From positions 1-25,420 of the IMG/VR virus record IMGVR_UViG_3300020044_006944: 25,420 bases of DNA; one strand, given 5' to 3'. Shown here piece by piece: positions 1-7,121 of this stretch (within the stretch, counting starts at the first letter, position 1; each line of letters opens with the position of its first letter). The notes under the pieces were generated by a model that was not told the origin of the DNA, ran no database searches, and worked only from the letters and a program-made list of their open reading frames with translations. The translations under genes and the position numbers were made by a program. The DNA comes from a virus. Its lineage: Duplodnaviria; Caudoviricetes.

Positions 1-22
1 TAATATTTCGTCGTTGTATTCA

Positions 23-130
23 TTAAAATTTATCATAATTTATATTTTGCAAAGTTATTAAACAATTTAAAATTGCGGTTTTTAATTTATTTGATGTTTT
101 CTTCATTGTTGCAGTTATTACATGAGACAT
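23..130 (-). CDS. small hypothetical protein (35 aa; alternative start at 106)
   Basis: MSHVITATMKKTSNKLK...YDKF. Its TAA overlaps (TAATG) an ATG at 23 that opens an ORF running off the left edge. Confidence 0.35.
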   Translation of the reverse strand: MSHVITATMKKTSNKLKTAILNCLITLQNINYDKF

Positions 131-137
131 CACCAAG

Positions 138-368
138 TCAAAAGCCATCACCAGAGCCATTACCATAGCCAGAGCCAGAGCCATAACCAGAGCCTGAGCC
201 ATAGCTATCGCCAAAGCCATCGCCAGAACCAGAGCCAGAGCCATAACCAGAGCCATCACCATAGCCAGAGCCAGAGCCAGAGCCATTGCCATAGCTATCG
301 CCAGAGCCATCGCCATAGCCATTGCCAGAGCTATTACAATCTACAAATTTTTTATTATTTATAGTCAT
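138..368 (-). CDS. Gly-X repeat protein, copy 1 (76 aa)
   Basis: ATG at 368 preceded by AAGGA. Leader MTINNKKFVDCNSS followed by about 31 G-[S/Y/D/N/F] dipeptides. Confidence 0.65.
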   Translation of the reverse strand: MTINNKKFVDCNSSGNGYGDGSGDSYGNGSGSGSGYGDGSGYGSGSGSGDGFGDSYGSGSGYGSGSGYGNGSGDGF

Positions 369-672
369 TGATTCCTTTTGCAGCAAATGTTTAATAATTA
401 GCTAGAGCCATCGCCATAGCCATCGCCTGAGCCATTGCTATTACCAGAGCCATAACCAGAGCCATCACCATAGCCATCGCCATAGCCAGAGCCATAGCCA
501 TAGCCATCGCCATAGCTATCGCCATAGCCATCGCCAGAGCCAGAGCCATAGCCAAAGCCATCGCCATAACCAGAGCCTGAGCCAGAGCCAAAGCCATCGC
601 CATAACCAGAGCCTGAGCCATTGCCAGAGCTATTACAATCTACAAATTTTTTATTATTTATAGTCATTGATT
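317..672. repeat. 57-bp perfect direct repeat (317-373 and 616-672)
   Basis: AGCCATTGCCAGAGCTATTACAATCTACAAATTTTTTATTATTTATAGTCATTGATT occurs twice, offset 299 bp. Each copy adjoins a degenerate 6-bp tandem array (about 140-325 and 403-625). Confidence 0.95.
398..667 (-). CDS. Gly-X repeat protein, copy 2 (89 aa)
   Basis: Same N-terminus as copy 1, then Gly-X repeats. The start overlaps the end of the upstream gene by 14 bp. Confidence 0.65.
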   Translation of the reverse strand: MTINNKKFVDCNSSGNGSGSGYGDGFGSGSGSGYGDGFGYGSGSGDGYGDSYGDGYGYGSGYGDGYGDGSGYGSGNSNGSGDGYGDGSS

Positions 673-1031
673 GATGTTTTTGAAATATCGCTGCAAGTAA
701 TAAGTTCGCAAACTCCGTTTAACAAAATTTCTGGATTGACAACATCAATTTTGCACGACCCACTTTTCACTCCGGTTTGCGCAACACCTGAGAGCGCCAC
801 GCCGTCATTAGCTTTCCACGACCATAAGCGCCTAGAATTTTTCAAGATCACGCTTTCACCGTCTACGCTTACAACTTCGCCCGCATGTACACCGGCTGAA
901 TAGCATCGAGCAATCACGTACTTGCCTACAAATACGTGTTGAGTTTGAGCTTGATTCTGAGTTTGCAAATTAAACATTGCAGCGATTTCTTTTAGTTGAC
1001 CTAGCGTCATTTCGTTGATATTGATATTCAT
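654..1031 (-). CDS. conserved phage protein, DUF6948-like
   Basis: Motif GKYVIARCYSAGVHAG...LKNSRRLWSW...LSGVA.TG recalled from this family; AGGA SD upstream. Confidence 0.75.
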   Translation of the reverse strand: MNININEMTLGQLKEIAAMFNLQTQNQAQTQHVFVGKYVIARCYSAGVHAGEVVSVDGESVILKNSRRLWSWKANDGVALSGVAQTGVKSGSCKIDVVNPEILLNGVCELITCSDISKTSINDYK

Positions 1032-1054
1032 TTTTATTCCTAATAATTAAAGTT

Positions 1055-1096
1055 AAAAAATGCCAAATTCGGACTATGCAAAATTACACATTTGGC
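1055..1096 (-). terminator. possible intrinsic terminator downstream of ssb
   Basis: GCCAAAT (1062-1068) / ATTTGGC (1090-1096) stem followed by a T6 run on the minus strand. The loop is large. Confidence 0.35.
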
Positions 1097-1122
1097 TGCC
1101 GTGTTTTTCTTAGGAAATATTT

Positions 1123-1503
1123 TCAGAAGGGTATGTCCTGGTCAAAATCTACCGATTTGCTTGCAGGCTTTGGCGTTGAAAAATTTTGCTCGTTAGTTGA
1201 TTGCTTGTTGCCTTGCAAAGCAACTTCATTTACTCGAACATCCATTGACTTTCGTTTATTCCCTTCTTTATCTGTCCAATCTCTTTCAGATACTGATCCG
1301 CATATTGTTACGCTTTGTCCTTTAATTAAATATTTTTGCAAAGATTCAGCACGTTTTCCAAATAGCGAGCAATTCCACCAAATTGTCGGCTTGTCTTTGC
1401 CTTGTTGATCCGCAACAGAAAAAGAGCAGACAGGATCGCCATTTGATAAAAATCTCAACTCTGAGTCCTTGCCGAGTTGCCCAGCTATTGTTATTGAGTT
1501 CAT
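1123..1503 (-). CDS. ssb: single-stranded DNA-binding protein
   Basis: OB-fold pattern (ITIAGQLGKD.ELR, FSVA, W.NC.LFGKRAE, L.KG..V) and acidic C-terminal tip DQDIPF. Confidence 0.95.
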   Translation of the reverse strand: MNSITIAGQLGKDSELRFLSNGDPVCSFSVADQQGKDKPTIWWNCSLFGKRAESLQKYLIKGQSVTICGSVSERDWTDKEGNKRKSMDVRVNEVALQGNKQSTNEQNFSTPKPASKSVDFDQDIPF

Positions 1504-2075
1504 GCTGTTTCTTTCAAAAGTGATTGTTTACGTTGTGTCGCTGCGGATTGAAGTTTTAATAGTTGTTCTTTAGATGCACCGCCATTTACCGCCACTTTAA
1601 GATATATTGCAATTTGCGGAATATCAGATGAAACATTAATTAACGAAATTAATTCATCCACTCGCATTTCGTTTAATACTTGAGGTTTGCTTGCTTCGTT
1701 GCCGTCATCATCTGCCTGATAAAGACCTGTAATAGCGGCTAAAGCGTAACGTCTTGAGTATGTTGCCGCGCTGCCGTATCCTTGAGCGTCATTCTTTTGC
1801 AAAGGCATTGTTAGCTCATCTTCAATCCACTCGCCAGATTCGTGCATTAAGCGGGTTGTGAGATTTAGTTTGCCTGCCTCGCTTGGCGAGAATGATTGAA
1901 TAAAAATGATGCCGTTATTGTTTAGTGGTTTTTTTATTGCCTCAATGACTGACTCAAGATCAGCGTAAGAACTTTTAAAATGCGGGTTAGTAGAATCTTT
2001 TATTGCAAAAGTTATTTCTTTTTGTGCTTTTAATAGCGCGGGGGCTATTTTTTCCACCGATTGAGATGTTTTCAT
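1500..2075 (-). CDS. erf: ERF-family single-strand annealing recombinase
   Basis: KDSTNPHFKS.YADL and the ERF signature QGYGSAATYSRRYAL..ITGL...DDDG. Confidence 0.92.
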   Translation of the reverse strand: MKTSQSVEKIAPALLKAQKEITFAIKDSTNPHFKSSYADLESVIEAIKKPLNNNGIIFIQSFSPSEAGKLNLTTRLMHESGEWIEDELTMPLQKNDAQGYGSAATYSRRYALAAITGLYQADDDGNEASKPQVLNEMRVDELISLINVSSDIPQIAIYLKVAVNGGASKEQLLKLQSAATQRKQSLLKETA

Positions 2076-2084
2076 TTTCTATGC

Positions 2085-2198
2085 CTAGATTAAAATTAAT
2101 TCTTTATCTTTTGCTTGTTTATCGTGTTCTATTTGTTTATTTGCTGCTGCCTCGTTATTACTTTCCTCAAAATCAATTCCGTAATCTTCAGTCTCCAC
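2085..2198 (-). CDS. small acidic hypothetical protein (37 aa; not in ORF track)
   Basis: GTG start after GAGAGGG; METEDYGIDFEESNNEAAANKQIEHDKQAKDKELILI; fills the gap between neighbouring genes. Confidence 0.45.
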   Translation of the reverse strand: METEDYGIDFEESNNEAAANKQIEHDKQAKDKELILI

Positions 2199-2421
2199 AA
2201 TCTAACCCTCTCAATTTAAAACAAACTTTATATAGATTCTCTCTGTTTTGCTTATGCTCATTTTTTAAGATAAGCATTGCCTTGTGATAATGTCTGGTTA
2301 GTTCTGACATCCTTTCTATTTCCTCAAAATTTTTAGCAAGCAATTTGTTTTTTAAATATTTTAAATACATAATTTTTAAACTTGGAATCGGCTTAAAAAT
2401 GTCATCTAATATTGTTGTCAT
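2188..2421 (-). CDS. hypothetical protein
   Basis: Co-oriented ORF; ATGA overlap with the upstream small ORF. Confidence 0.55.
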   Translation of the reverse strand: MTTILDDIFKPIPSLKIMYLKYLKNKLLAKNFEEIERMSELTRHYHKAMLILKNEHKQNRENLYKVCFKLRGLDCGD

Positions 2422-2531
2422 AAAAAACTCTCTATAAAAGATGCTACATATTCAACGAAAAACGATGAAACAAAACACAAAATAAAGATAGCCACAATTG
2501 CCGCAAAATCTTCTAAAGTTGACTTAGACAT
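2418..2531 (-). CDS. small single-TM membrane peptide (37 aa; not in ORF track)
   Basis: MSKSTLEDFAAIVAIFILCFVSSFFVEYVASFIESFL; SD AAGGG; overlaps both neighbours. Confidence 0.6.
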   Translation of the reverse strand: MSKSTLEDFAAIVAIFILCFVSSFFVEYVASFIESFL

Positions 2532-2661
2532 TTTGTACCCTTTTATCAGTTAAAAACCATCCTAATTGCCGCTGAATTTCCTCAATTGTTTGTTTTGAAG
2601 TATCTTTTTTACGATCCCTATTCATCCAATTTCGGATTGCTTCTTTACTTGGTTTTTGCAT
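2524..2661 (-). CDS. small hypothetical protein (45 aa; not in ORF track)
   Basis: MQKPSKEAIRNWMNRDRKKDTSKQTIEEIQRQLGWFLTDKRVQNV; SD TAAGGGGG. Confidence 0.7.
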   Translation of the reverse strand: MQKPSKEAIRNWMNRDRKKDTSKQTIEEIQRQLGWFLTDKRVQNV

Positions 2662-2704
2662 CTCATCCCCCTTAGGTTTTGACTGCTAAACTTTATTACC
2701 ACTA

Positions 2705-2807
2705 CAACACGTAGGGCGGCTAAGTTGTCACTTAACGTAATTATTTAAAGTCCCCCGACAATAAATAATTATTTTCGCCCTACGTGTTGCCCATCGCAAA
2801 ATGGGCA
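2705..2807 (-). ncRNA. candidate structured RNA (three-way junction plus adjacent hairpin)
   Basis: 14-bp perfect stem 2705-2718/2776-2789 encloses stems 2721-2725/2730-2734 and 2738-2747/2762-2771. Adjacent hairpin 2788-2794/2801-2807. Strand inferred from the operon direction. Confidence 0.55.
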
Positions 2808-2812
2808 CTTTA

Positions 2813-3118
2813 TTAAATATGCGCTTGCAACTTTAAATTTTCAGGTAATTGAGCCTCAAACGCTGCCTGGCGGCTCCATTTTTCAGCATACTTTTGCAGG
2901 TCGTATGCTAGTGGGTAATTGTAAACCCACGCGCTGAGAACCATAAAATGAAGCGACGTTTCGTCGTTTGATTCATTAAGCCAATCCGACGCGAAAGATT
3001 TTATCTCTCGCTCAGTTAATTGTTCTGCGTACATTACGCAGTCTTGATCTTCATTTTCATCTTCATAATTTGGTTCCTCGCGGTCGTACTGTTTTTGCGC
3101 TTTGTCTAGATTATTCAT
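2813..3118 (-). CDS. hypothetical acidic protein, first gene of the leftward early operon
   Basis: SD GAGGA; lies directly downstream of the leftward promoter. Confidence 0.75.
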   Translation of the reverse strand: MNNLDKAQKQYDREEPNYEDENEDQDCVMYAEQLTEREIKSFASDWLNESNDETSLHFMVLSAWVYNYPLAYDLQKYAEKWSRQAAFEAQLPENLKLQAHI

Positions 3119-3153
3119 AATGTCCTCGTTATGTTGTGTGCTTCAGTAACTCC

Positions 3154-3181
3154 ATTATGACATAAAAAAATAAAAGCGCAA
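3154..3181 (-). promoter_or_regulatory. leftward sigma70 promoter (PL-like)
   Basis: TTGCGC-N16-CATAAT on the minus strand. Confidence 0.6.
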
Positions 3182-3207
3182 GAAAAATAAATAAAATTAT
3201 TTGTGTG

Positions 3208-3236
3208 TTGTATTTTTTTATTTAAAACACTATAAT
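3208..3236 (+). promoter_or_regulatory. rightward sigma70 promoter (PR-like)
   Basis: TTGTAT-N17-TATAAT. Confidence 0.7.
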
Positions 3237-3264
3237 TACGACATCTAAACAACGTAGGAATTTT

Positions 3265-3453
3265 ATGTCAAATTTGCCAAAATTAATTAAAGAAATCCTC
3301 TGGGAAACCAGATGGAGTCAAGAGAATTTAGCTGAAGAATTAGACTGTACTCAGCCCACCATCAGCAGAATAAAAGCTGGTGGAGATTGCTTAAATTCAA
3401 TGGGCGACAAAATTAGAGCATTACATTTAAAACATTGCAAAGGTAAAAAATGA
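3265..3453 (+). CDS. Cro-like XRE helix-turn-helix protein
   Basis: WSQENLAEELDCTQPTISRIKAG HTH pattern; 62 aa; first gene after PR. Confidence 0.85.
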   Translation: MSNLPKLIKEILWETRWSQENLAEELDCTQPTISRIKAGGDCLNSMGDKIRALHLKHCKGKK

Positions 3454-3722
3454 ATATTGGAACGCAAATAATGGAAAACATTGTAAAAAATATGTTAATT
3501 GTAAAATCAACAAAAAAAATTACACATGATAGAAAAGGGTGTTTAAAACAAAATTTTAGCAACTCAACTTTTACTATTTCAGAAGCTGCCGAAGTGCTGG
3601 GAATAAAAAAAAATGCGACACAGAAAGCCATTAATAAATTAATAAAAGTTGGAGCAATAAAAATTGTGGAAGAACGACATTCAAATTCGCCAGCCAAATA
3701 TAAAATGGAAACATTATGCTAA
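3450..3722 (+). CDS. winged-helix DNA-binding protein
   Basis: FTISEAAEVLGIKKNATQKAINKLIKVGAI; ATGA overlap with the Cro-like gene. Confidence 0.7.
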   Translation: MNIGTQIMENIVKNMLIVKSTKKITHDRKGCLKQNFSNSTFTISEAAEVLGIKKNATQKAINKLIKVGAIKIVEERHSNSPAKYKMETLC

Positions 3723-4138
3723 TAATAAATAGCGACAAAACGTTATTTTCTGCAATAAAAAATATTGAGGATTTATATAAAAAACATAAATTTTTAAGAG
3801 TAGTAGTTAAAACGGGCAAGGACAGAAGTCTTGATTACAATTCAATAAGCCACGTCTGGTATGCAGAAATTGCCGATCAGTTAAAAGACGAGGATGCTTT
3901 AGGATGGAAAAACTACTGCAAATTGCACTTTGGCGTGCCACTTTTGCGCGCTGAAGATGAGGAGTTTAGAAGTATTTATGACAACTCAATTAAACTTTTG
4001 CAGTATGAAAAAAAATTGCAGGCAATGAAATATTTTCCTGTTACGTCAATTATGACAAATGAGCAATTTAGCAAATATCTAAACGAAATGCAGTTGTATT
4101 TTGGCGATTTGGGCGTAAATTTAACGTTTCAGTCTTAA
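3716..4138 (+). CDS. ninB: NinB/Orf-family recombination mediator
   Basis: RSLDYN...HVWYAEIA and C-terminal TS.M..EQFSKYL motifs. Confidence 0.7.
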   Translation: MLIINSDKTLFSAIKNIEDLYKKHKFLRVVVKTGKDRSLDYNSISHVWYAEIADQLKDEDALGWKNYCKLHFGVPLLRAEDEEFRSIYDNSIKLLQYEKKLQAMKYFPVTSIMTNEQFSKYLNEMQLYFGDLGVNLTFQS

Positions 4139-4226
4139 AAGTGTAGTATGATTTTCAGTGATGCGCAACGCATCATATTCATAAGCCCTGCTATTTTGAC
4201 CGGTGGCAGATAACGCAATTAGTAAT

Positions 4227-4307
4227 GGATTTTGGGAGGGGATGGCTAATCTGCAAAGACGCCACCCCGAATTACTACGGGGGGTCAATCTCCCTCTCCC
4301 AAAGTCC
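4227..4307 (+). ncRNA. c4-antisense-like three-stem RNA in the leader of the replication initiator
   Basis: P1 4227-4241/4293-4307. P2 TGGC..TCT-GCAA-AGA..GCCA with a GNRA loop. P3 CCCCG-AATTACTA-CGGGG. Complementary sites lie upstream at 4196-4226. Confidence 0.55.
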
Positions 4308-4320
4308 TGAAAAGGAAAAT

Positions 4321-5076
4321 ATGCACTATTACAAATTTAATATTGCTGATTATCGCAAAGACACTAACCATTTAACAACAATTGAACATGGTATTTATCG
4401 TCAATTGATTGACTGGTATTACCTTGATGAAAAGCCAATTCCTTTAGAAACCCAAGTGGTTATTCGGCGGTTACGATTGGGTATTGATGAAGTTGGTTTT
4501 CTTCAAAGTGTGTTAGAAGATTTTTTCATTTTGGGTAAAACAGGATACACGCACAAAAGAATTGATGTTGAAATTAAAGATTATCATGCGCAGGCAGAAA
4601 AAAATAAAATTAATGGCAAGCTAGGCGGAAGGCCGAAGAAAACCCAGCCGGTTATGTCTGGGTTGCCAGATCATAGCGAAAATAACCTTAACCATAAACC
4701 ATTAACCAATAACCATAAACCATTAACCAAAGAAGAATCATTAAAAGAAAAAATTAAAAAAGAAATCGCAACCGCGTCGCGTTTGCCAAGCGACTGGGAG
4801 CCGTCTTTGCAAGACATTGAATTTTGTCAATCGACGCGACCAGATTTAAACCCGCACGAAATCGCTCAAGGCTTTAAAGATTATTGGATAGCGCAACCAG
4901 GTGCAAAGGGGAAAAAATTAGATTGGGCTGCAACTTGGAGAAATTGGATTCGCAATGCGAGACAGGCTTCGCAGCAACAAAAAACGCAATATCAAACTGC
5001 GGCGGAAAAAGCAAAAACACTTGCAGATAGATTAACTGGGAGGGTGAGCAATGAGCGAATTATCGACATCAACTAA
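4321..5076 (+). CDS. DUF1376 (YdaU-like) replication initiator
   Basis: MHYYKFNIADY..DT.HL...EHG.YR.L.D.YY..E.P; NGKLGGRP; C-terminal F.DYW...K.DW.ATWRNW. True start 4321 (SD AAGGA). Confidence 0.88.
   Translation: MHYYKFNIADYRKDTNHLTTIEHGIYRQLIDWYYLDEKPIPLETQVVIRRLRLGIDEVGFLQSVLEDFFILGKTGYTHKRIDVEIKDYHAQAEKNKINGKLGGRPKKTQPVMSGLPDHSENNLNHKPLTNNHKPLTKEESLKEKIKKEIATASRLPSDWEPSLQDIEFCQSTRPDLNPHEIAQGFKDYWIAQPGAKGKKLDWAATWRNWIRNARQASQQQKTQYQTAAEKAKTLADRLTGRVSNERIIDIN
4689..4730 (+). repeat. 2 x 21-bp tandem repeat inside the initiator gene (probable origin element)
   Basis: TAACCATAAACCATTAACCAA x2, built from 7-bp AACCA units and followed by an A-rich tract. Confidence 0.7.
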
Positions 5077-5755
5077 TGTAAATTCTGAGTCTATGCCGAT
5101 TTCTTGGGTTGAGAGAATATTTGATCAAATGTTATTAACTTACGGAAAGAAGTTTACGGATCAATGGGGCGGAGCAGACCCAGACAAATTAATCAAATTT
5201 TGGTGTGCTGGACTTGCCGGATACGCTGGAAATGAAATAAAACGCGGCTTATCTGGACTGGACGTGAGAGAGTGGCCCCCGACACTACCCGAGTTTAAAA
5301 AGATGTGTAGGCCAAGCATTGATCCTTTAATTGCTTATTACGAGGCTGTTAGCGGGCTTCAGGAGCGTTTGAAAGGTGAGGTTGGTACTTGGAGTCATCC
5401 AGCTATTTTTCACGCCTCTAAAGGGCTGCAATTCGATTTACTCAATCAAACTTATAGTCAGATTAAAGTCAGATGGGAAACCGCGCTTGCTGAACAGATG
5501 GAAAAAGGACGCTGGGAAGAAATTAATAAGCCCGTTTTGATGATTGCAAATTCTGTAACGCAGGCATCAAAAGATGAAGCCGCAAAAGCATTGGCGCAAA
5601 TTGAAATGAAGTCTGGTGTTGCTTTAGAGCATAAAACAGATCATAGATTGTGGGCGAAAAGAATAATTAAATTGTCAAAAGAACGCGACCATAAATTATC
5701 TGAAATACAAATAAGATTTGCTAAAGAAGCATTAAAAGAGAGGCAAGATGTATGA
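5051..5755 (+). CDS. lambda P-like helicase loader / replication protein
   Basis: IF..M...YG.KF..QW, W...L, I.RGL, WPPTLPEF...C; sits immediately after the initiator. Confidence 0.7.
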   Translation: MSELSTSTNVNSESMPISWVERIFDQMLLTYGKKFTDQWGGADPDKLIKFWCAGLAGYAGNEIKRGLSGLDVREWPPTLPEFKKMCRPSIDPLIAYYEAVSGLQERLKGEVGTWSHPAIFHASKGLQFDLLNQTYSQIKVRWETALAEQMEKGRWEEINKPVLMIANSVTQASKDEAAKALAQIEMKSGVALEHKTDHRLWAKRIIKLSKERDHKLSEIQIRFAKEALKERQDV

Positions 5756-5945
5756 CGATTATCGTTTTAAATGCGAAGTAAGACATATTTTAAAGTTAAG
5801 AATTTTAGGCAAGTATGAAGTTGACAAGCATTTAAATTTGGTTGAAAAAATGCGAGGTAAAGATGCTAGATATAAATTGCAAGACGAAGCAAAAAAACAA
5901 TGGGAAAGAGGAAATCGCGGAAAATATGACGACTGGAAAACCTAA
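5748..5945 (+). CDS. conserved small phage protein
   Basis: CEVR.IL..R...VEK.RG...QW.RGNRG...DW pattern recalled from proteobacterial phages. Confidence 0.7.
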   Translation: MYDDYRFKCEVRHILKLRILGKYEVDKHLNLVEKMRGKDARYKLQDEAKKQWERGNRGKYDDWKT

Positions 5946-5961
5946 CTTTTGAAAGCTAAAA

Positions 5962-6150
5962 ATGAATAAAAATTTTGATGAATTATTATTAAAATTAACA
6001 GATTATGAGCAAGATATTACAGATATGGAAAGACTGTTAATTGCAAATGAAATAATGCGATTAAATCAAGAATTGGCAGAGGCGCAAGGAGCGATTGATT
6101 ACGCTACTCTGTGTATTGCAAAACCAGAATCTGGCAAAAAATTTAATTAA
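5962..6150 (+). CDS. hypothetical protein
   Basis: Co-oriented ORF in a tightly packed operon. Confidence 0.6.
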   Translation: MNKNFDELLLKLTDYEQDITDMERLLIANEIMRLNQELAEAQGAIDYATLCIAKPESGKKFN

Positions 6151-6165
6151 ATCAGGAGAAGAAAA

Positions 6166-6591
6166 ATGATGGATCAAGAAAAAGCGGCAAAATATTTTAT
6201 TGTTGGATGGATAAAGAATTGGAATTTATATACTTATTTGCAAGTTGTGACTGGTGAAAGTAAACCAAACGTTGAAAACGCTCATAAAATTTATTCTTGG
6301 TTGCCAACTTTTAAAGTTAATTTTATAAAAAAAGAAATTAAGCGCTATGTTGCCGACAACATACCAAAGTTAAGCGAAAAATTGTTTAATGAAAATGACA
6401 ATTTAAAAAAGTTAGAATTTTACAAATTGGCAATGGTAAAAATTGGAGAAAAAAGCACAAATAAATTTGATAAAGCTAGAAAAAATTGGATTGATGAAAG
6501 AAGAAAATTTAATGCTAAAACAAAAGAATCTATCTTAATAGCAGATCAACATGATAGAAGTTCTGGCCATCATTGGAACGTTTGCAAATGA
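6166..6591 (+). CDS. hypothetical protein
   Basis: SD AGGAG; stop overlaps the ninG start. Confidence 0.7.
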   Translation: MMDQEKAAKYFIVGWIKNWNLYTYLQVVTGESKPNVENAHKIYSWLPTFKVNFIKKEIKRYVADNIPKLSEKLFNENDNLKKLEFYKLAMVKIGEKSTNKFDKARKNWIDERRKFNAKTKESILIADQHDRSSGHHWNVCK

Positions 6592-7121
6592 GTATATGTA
6601 AATGTTGCAAAAATAGATATGAAAAATCAAGGCCGCTGCAGGTAGTTTGCGGGTTAGATTGTGCCTTGATTTACTCAAAAGAAACTGCAAAAAAAAAGGA
6701 AAAAAAAGAGATTAAGATAAAAAAAGATGCTTTAAAACCATTAAGTTATTACATTAAAAAAGCTGAAAAGTCTTGCAATACTTACATAAGAGAACGTGAT
6801 GCAAACTTACCTTGTATTTCGTGCAATTCGGTAGATGCGAAAAAATGGGATGCTGGCCATTATATTTCAGTTGGCGCAAATAGAACGCTAAGATTTAACG
6901 AATTAAATATTCATAAGCAATGTTCATTTAATTGCAATGTTAATCTTTCTGGAAATTTAATTAATTATCGAAAAGGATTATTAAAAAAGATTGGGCTGGA
7001 AAAATTGTCGTGGTTGGAAGGTTGGCACGAACCGGAAAAAATGACAAAAGAAAAAGCAATTACAGTTGAAAAATATTTTAAAGAAAAGTTGAATAATTTA
7101 AAAAAGGGCAATCATGGATAA
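6588..7121 (+). CDS. ninG: NinG/Rap-family endonuclease
   Basis: N-terminal CxxC...CxxxC; YIRERD..LPCISC, WDAGHY, LRF.E.NIHKQC...CN..LSGN...YR. ATG 6588 is in an ATGA overlap. Confidence 0.92.
   Translation: MSICKCCKNRYEKSRPLQVVCGLDCALIYSKETAKKKEKKEIKIKKDALKPLSYYIKKAEKSCNTYIRERDANLPCISCNSVDAKKWDAGHYISVGANRTLRFNELNIHKQCSFNCNVNLSGNLINYRKGLLKKIGLEKLSWLEGWHEPEKMTKEKAITVEKYFKEKLNNLKKGNHG

Noticed and set aside
23-621. Ala-Met/Leu repeat ORFs (23..322, 391..621) and the His/Gln/Ser-rich ORF 122..364
   Set aside because: Alternative frames of the 6-bp repeat with starts inside the repeat or antisense; only the Gly-X frame has a unique leader and start context.
138-672. Repeats as a CRISPR array or a DGR template/variable pair
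   Set aside because: No repeat-spacer periodicity, differences are unit shuffles rather than adenine-specific changes, and no cas or reverse transcriptase gene is present.
2705-2789. Hammerhead ribozyme or tRNA
   Set aside because: No CUGANGA core on either strand; no T-loop or anticodon-arm pattern.
4225-4320. 32-aa N-terminal extension of the initiator in the ORF track
   Set aside because: The family N-terminus and SD are at 4321; the interval is better explained as structured RNA, although a leader translation role is not excluded.
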